64,000 nt of DNA from Thermoanaerobaculia bacterium (GTDB lineage: Bacteria; Acidobacteriota; Thermoanaerobaculia; UBA5066), in contig CAWFJJ010000030.1 of NCBI GenBank assembly GCA_963816185.1, positions 416,001 through 480,000 on the forward strand. Reading direction: 5' to 3'. Numbering within the stretch: the first letter of the stretch is position 1; each line of letters begins with the position of its first letter. The translations under genes were made by a program, and so were the position numbers. Positions 60,024-64,000 of this stretch are shown in pieces. The notes under the pieces are model-generated. The model was given only the letters and a program-made list of their open reading frames with translations, was not told the origin of the DNA and did not search any database.

Positions 60024-61228
60024 CTGTCCTCGGCTTCCGGCGGCCTGACGGGTCTGCCCGCGAGTGCGTCCCGGCCGAGCCGAAGAGCGAGGTCAGCGAC
60101 CCGGCGCCTTGCGTCGTCCGGGGCCGCCGCGCGGTATGCGAGCAGGTCCGACGCGAAGCGGCCCTCGGCGGAACGCGGCCCCGGCTCGGGCGCGGGCGGC
60201 TCGGTCTGGTCTCTCACTGCGAGATGCTTGACGCGCGCGGCGAGAGGCCTGACGACCTCCGCCGGGCGCGCGCCGAACGCCTGCGTTCCCGTCAACGTCA
60301 CGCGCACGAGGTCCGGCGATTCCACGCCGGCCTCGGCGAACGCGGCCTCGACCCGCTCGAGGAGAGGGCCTGCCTCGAGGTCGCTCACGTTCACGAAGAC
60401 GTCGCGCACGGTGCGCGCGTCGGCCGGGATCGTCTCGACTCGGGCCGGCCCTTCGGCCGGCAGAGTCACTTTGAGGAAGACCCGCGGGCCCGCCTCGTCG
60501 AGCCCCCGTCCGGTCGGACAGCCCGCGTAAGCTCCCAACGGGCGGCCCTGCTCGTCGGAGACGACGTGGACGTGATGGTGGTGCCCGAGCGCGGCCCACG
60601 AGAACCCTGCGTCGGCGATCTCGCGCGCGGAGAACGGCGCGGTGCGCTTCGTGCCCCGCGGGGAGTCGGGTCCCGCGTAGGATTCGAGAGAGCCGTGCAG
60701 AAGGAGGAGCGCGTGAGGCGTCGAGGGGCGAGACGGCGCCGGCGCGAGCGGGCGCTCGACGACCATCGCCGGCGACAGGAACGCGCGCCCGACCACCGTG
60801 ACGTCGTCGCGCCCGGGAAACGACACGGCCGTCCATTCCGGGGCGCGAAACACCACGACGTTCCCCGGCCACGGCCTCATGCCGAGGGCGGCGAGAAGCG
60901 CCGGGTCGTAGTAGCCACCCGGCCCAGCGAAATCGTGATTCCCCGGGGCCACGTACACGGGGCGCGGCGCGAAAGACGCGAACGCCTCGAGGAGCCGGTG
61001 GATCGTCGCCGCCGGAACGTTCTCCGCATCCCAAAGGTCGCCGGGGACGAGCAGCGCCTCGGCGCCGCAGGCCGCCGCCGCCGCCACGGCCCGCTCCGCG
61101 GCCGTGTCCACCTCGTCGCGGCGCGCGGCGCGCGCTTCTCCCGTCAGAGACAGGCCGCCGCTCGTGAGGGCGGAGCCCAGATGCCAGTCGGAAGACTGCA
61201 AGAACGTCAGGGGGCGCCCGGACGACAC
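60020..61228 (-). CDS. Mre11/SbcD-like (YhaO-type) metallophosphoesterase nuclease
   Basis: SDWHLG, PGDLWD, PGNHD, LHGS, ALGHHH, YAGCP; ATGA-coupled to the ATPase. Confidence 0.88.
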   Translation of the reverse strand: MSSGRPLTFLQSSDWHLGSALTSGGLSLTGEARAARRDEVDTAAERAVAAAAACGAEALLVPGDLWDAENVPAATIHRLLEAFASFAPRPVYVAPGNHDFAGPGGYYDPALLAALGMRPWPGNVVVFRAPEWTAVSFPGRDDVTVVGRAFLSPAMVVERPLAPAPSRPSTPHALLLLHGSLESYAGPDSPRGTKRTAPFSAREIADAGFSWAALGHHHHVHVVSDEQGRPLGAYAGCPTGRGLDEAGPRVFLKVTLPAEGPARVETIPADARTVRDVFVNVSDLEAGPLLERVEAAFAEAGVESPDLVRVTLTGTQAFGARPAEVVRPLAARVKHLAVRDQTEPPAPEPGPRSAEGRFASDLLAYRAAAPDDARRRVADLALRLGRDALAGRPVRPPEAEDR

Positions 61229-61242
61229 CCCCTAGTTTCGCA

Positions 61243-61566
61243 TTACGCGGCCGATTCCTTCGAGTCGGGCTCTCCGCTCGTACCCGCGATCGCGCTCCGG
61301 TTGATCTTGATCTTCACGGTGTCGGCGATCTTCAGCCACACGATCTGATCCTCGACCTGTGCGATCGTGCCGTGGATGCCACCGGACGTCACGACGCGGT
61401 CGCCCTTCTTCAGGGCTGCGAGAAGCGCCTTCTGCTTCTTCTGCTGCTTGCGCATGGGCGCGAGCAGCACGAAGTAGAAAATCACGAACATGGCGATGTA
61501 GGGAACCATCTGCACGAGCGGCGAGGTCGCCGCCGCCGGCGCCGCCTGAAGGAAGGTCGGGTTCAT
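61243..61566 (-). CDS. yajC: Preprotein translocase subunit YajC
   Basis: FYFVLLAPMRKQQK, LKKGDRVVTSGGIHG, RSAI; ATGA overlap with tgt. Confidence 0.95.
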   Translation of the reverse strand: MNPTFLQAAPAAATSPLVQMVPYIAMFVIFYFVLLAPMRKQQKKQKALLAALKKGDRVVTSGGIHGTIAQVEDQIVWLKIADTVKIKINRSAIAGTSGEPDSKESAA

Positions 61567-62699
61567 GTCGAGTCCTTTCCGATCGATCGCGACCACCTCG
61601 GGAGCGTTTCCGCCGCCCACGCCGCGTACCGTTTCGCGTCGAGAGCCTCACGGATTCCCCGCATCAAGTCAAGGATCGCCGTCAGGTTGTGGACGGTCAG
61701 GAGCGTCGCGGCCGTAGGCTCGCCCGCGACGAAGAGGTGTCTGAGGTACGCGCGGGAGTGGCGCCGGCACGTGGGGCACGAGCAGGCCGGGTCCGGCGGC
61801 GCGCCATCCTCGCGATAGCGCGCGTGCTTGATCGCAAGCGTGCCCTGCGCCGTATAGAGGAAGCCGTGGCGCGCCGCACGCGTCGGGAGCACGCAGTCGA
61901 AGAGGTCGAAGCCCCGGGCGACCGCGTCGAGGAGGTCGTCCGGGCGTCCGACCCCCATGAGGTACCGTGGTTTCTCCGGCGGAAGAAGAGGGGCCGTGCG
62001 AGCGACCGTCGCCCGCATCTCCGCCTTGGGCTCGCCCACCGAGAGGCCCCCGCACGCAACGCCGTCGAAGGGCAGCGACGCGACAGCCGCCGCGCTCTCC
62101 TCGCGAAGGTGCGCGAAAACCCCGCCCTGCACGATCCCGAAAAGCGCGCCGCGGTCGCCTCCGAGCGCGAGCCGTCGTTCGAAGGAGCGCCGCGCCCAGC
62201 GGTGCGTGAGCTCCATGGACGCGCGCGCGGCCTCTTCGGTCGCGGGATATGGAGTGCATTCGTCGAGGACCATCGCGACGTCGACCCCGAAATCGCCGAG
62301 CTGAAGGTCCACCGCCCGTTCCGGCGAGAGGAAGTGCGCCGACCCGTCGACGTGGCTCCGGAAGAGAACGCCCTCTTCGGAGAGCTTGCGGCTCCCCGAA
62401 AGAGACATCACCTGATACCCGCCCGAGTCCGTGAGGATCGGCCGGTCCCAGCCCACGAAGCGGTGGAGGCCGCCGAGGCGCCTGATCACGTCGCTTCCCG
62501 GGCGGAGCATGAGGTGGTAGGTGTTCGCGAGGACGATCTCGGCGCGCGCGGCCTCGAGGTCGCTCCAGCGCGCGGCCTTGACGGTGCCCGCGGTGCCGAC
62601 GGGCATGAAGGCGGGCGTCTCGACGACTCCGTTGTCGAGCGTGAGACGCCCGCGCCGCGGGCCGTTACCGTCCCCGCCGAGAAGCTCGAAGCGCAGCAT
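61563..62699 (-). CDS. tgt: tRNA-guanine transglycosylase
   Basis: TPAFMPVGT, LANTYHL, TDSGGYQ, GIVQGG, GGLSVGE, RYLMGVG, FDCVLPTR, CSCPTC. Confidence 0.97.
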   Translation of the reverse strand: MLRFELLGGDGNGPRRGRLTLDNGVVETPAFMPVGTAGTVKAARWSDLEAARAEIVLANTYHLMLRPGSDVIRRLGGLHRFVGWDRPILTDSGGYQVMSLSGSRKLSEEGVLFRSHVDGSAHFLSPERAVDLQLGDFGVDVAMVLDECTPYPATEEAARASMELTHRWARRSFERRLALGGDRGALFGIVQGGVFAHLREESAAAVASLPFDGVACGGLSVGEPKAEMRATVARTAPLLPPEKPRYLMGVGRPDDLLDAVARGFDLFDCVLPTRAARHGFLYTAQGTLAIKHARYREDGAPPDPACSCPTCRRHSRAYLRHLFVAGEPTAATLLTVHNLTAILDLMRGIREALDAKRYAAWAAETLPRWSRSIGKDST

Positions 62700-62700
62700 C

Positions 62701-63894
62701 CTAGAGACCGACGCGGGCCGTTGCCGTCACGCCGAGCGCGCTCTTGTCCGTCCGGTACCACCCTCCGACATCCACCTTCGCAGGGCCGAGGACCACGCCC
62801 GCGCCGCCCGTGAAGGCCGGCGAGCGGTCCGGGGACTCGAGGTTCACCGAGACGCCCGCGCGCACCGCGACGAGGAGAACCTCCCACTCGACGCCGCCTC
62901 CGACCTGCCGGGCGCGCAGACCCGGTACGAGCGTGTCGCTCACGGTGAGGTCGTAATCCGCGGCGACGAGAAGGCCGACCCCCGGGATCTTCACGGACGC
63001 GCCAACACGGGCCTGCTGGCCGTATGTGACCGAGCGGCCGCGATCCGCCGCCGGACCGTCCTCGGCGAACGGAAAGGAAGGTTTGTTGATTCCTCTCCAG
63101 ACTCCGCCGACCTTCAAGATTCCGAGCGACGCGAGCCCCCCGAGGTCGAACGACCAGTCTGTGTGGGAGCGCGCCGTTCCCGTCAGGGCGCGCTGGGCGA
63201 GGCTGAAGGGATCGGCGACATCCACCGTGAAAACGGACTCCTCCTTCGTATACGTCGTGCCACGGAGGGCATGAACCGCGGCGCCCACGGTGAGCCGGCC
63301 GAGGAAGAACGACATCGATTTCGAGAGCGCGAGATCCTTGAGCTCGAGTCCGCGGAACGAAGCCGCTGAATCGTTGAGCGCGATCGACGTCGCGGGGTTC
63401 GCGCCGAGCGCCGTGTGCACGAGGTCTGCGCGAGCCGACAGCCCGCTGGCGCCCCAGTCCGTGAACGAGAGCTCCCAGCCCCCGTGCGCGATCGCGAGGC
63501 CGACACTCCCGTTGCCGACGAGCCCGTTTCCGGGATCCGAGAGCGTGCGGAGCGCCCGAAGGACGTCCGCGTAGCTCTGGGCCTCCCGGCCCGAGGCGAG
63601 AGCGACCGGGTTGTTGCCCGAGATGAGCCGCGCCGGAGAAAGAAAGTCGCCGCTCTCCCGTGTGAGGAGGCCGGCGGAGATCGTGAACGCGAACTTCCGA
63701 TCCGGGACCGCCGCGGGGTTGTCGATCGCCCCTGCGACGTCGGGGCCGAGGCCCATCGACGCGCCTCCGAGCGCGGCGGAGCGGCCGCCGAAGGGGGCGA
63801 ACGGCATCTGTGCGCGCGCGGCGCCGGAAAGGAGAAGAGCCGTCCCGCAGACGGCGAGGGCGAAGTTCCCGCGAAGCGCGGAGGGCGCCGGCAT
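62701..63894 (-). CDS. Outer-membrane beta-barrel protein, TraF/FadL/PorV-like
   Basis: Signal peptide ending AARAQ; GGRSAALGGA and NPAA N-terminal motifs; alternating beta-strands; start uncertain. Confidence 0.6.
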   Translation of the reverse strand: MPAPSALRGNFALAVCGTALLLSGAARAQMPFAPFGGRSAALGGASMGLGPDVAGAIDNPAAVPDRKFAFTISAGLLTRESGDFLSPARLISGNNPVALASGREAQSYADVLRALRTLSDPGNGLVGNGSVGLAIAHGGWELSFTDWGASGLSARADLVHTALGANPATSIALNDSAASFRGLELKDLALSKSMSFFLGRLTVGAAVHALRGTTYTKEESVFTVDVADPFSLAQRALTGTARSHTDWSFDLGGLASLGILKVGGVWRGINKPSFPFAEDGPAADRGRSVTYGQQARVGASVKIPGVGLLVAADYDLTVSDTLVPGLRARQVGGGVEWEVLLVAVRAGVSVNLESPDRSPAFTGGAGVVLGPAKVDVGGWYRTDKSALGVTATARVGL

Positions 63895-64000
63895 CTGCGC
63901 CCGAGTGTACGGTCCCGAGGCGCGTTGACCCTGAAAAACCAAGGATGTTATGTTCCGGCCCCCTTGGCAGGAGGCGCATTGCCGGACCTCGGATTCAAAC

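Noticed and set aside
57114-61228. Wadjet or Lamassu defence system
   Set aside because: No kleisin/KITE, JetD or Lamassu effector genes; the two-gene layout fits YhaO/YhaN

Overview
High-GC (roughly 68-70% by eye) bacterial chromosomal segment. Gene content and an Oar-type TonB-dependent receptor suggest Acidobacteriota, possibly Thermoanaerobaculia (inference). About 52 mostly minus-strand, tightly coupled CDSs: part of an exopolysaccharide locus, maeB, proS, an aminotransferase, a TetR-linked TonB-receptor/FabG/atypical FabH/acyl-CoA ligase/3x alpha-beta hydrolase operon, hbd, an ECF sigma module, a Glu/Leu/Phe/Val dehydrogenase, an ABC exporter, a HEAT-cyclophilin fusion, aroK, accBC, pilMNOPQ extended by two lipoproteins and a TPR-Roadblock gene, a RelA/SpoT homologue, DedA, a DAACS symporter, a glucosylglycerate-type compatible solute cluster, and tgt-yajC-secD-secF split by an Mre11/Rad50-like (YhaO/YhaN) pair. 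No rRNA, tRNA, CRISPR array, transposase or integrase was seen. Several genes carry frameshifts that are probably long-read indel errors. The main unexplained signal is an AT-rich ~18-20 bp motif, consensus ATTCACCYTTCKAAGAARATC. It occurs about 22 times in eight clusters within the first 31 kb, both intergenic and inside ORFs in different frames and strands. Copies are usually arranged reverse-then-forward, same-orientation copies are often 72-80 bp apart, and one pair forms a perfect 26 bp palindrome. The motif is nearly absent from the last 32 kb.
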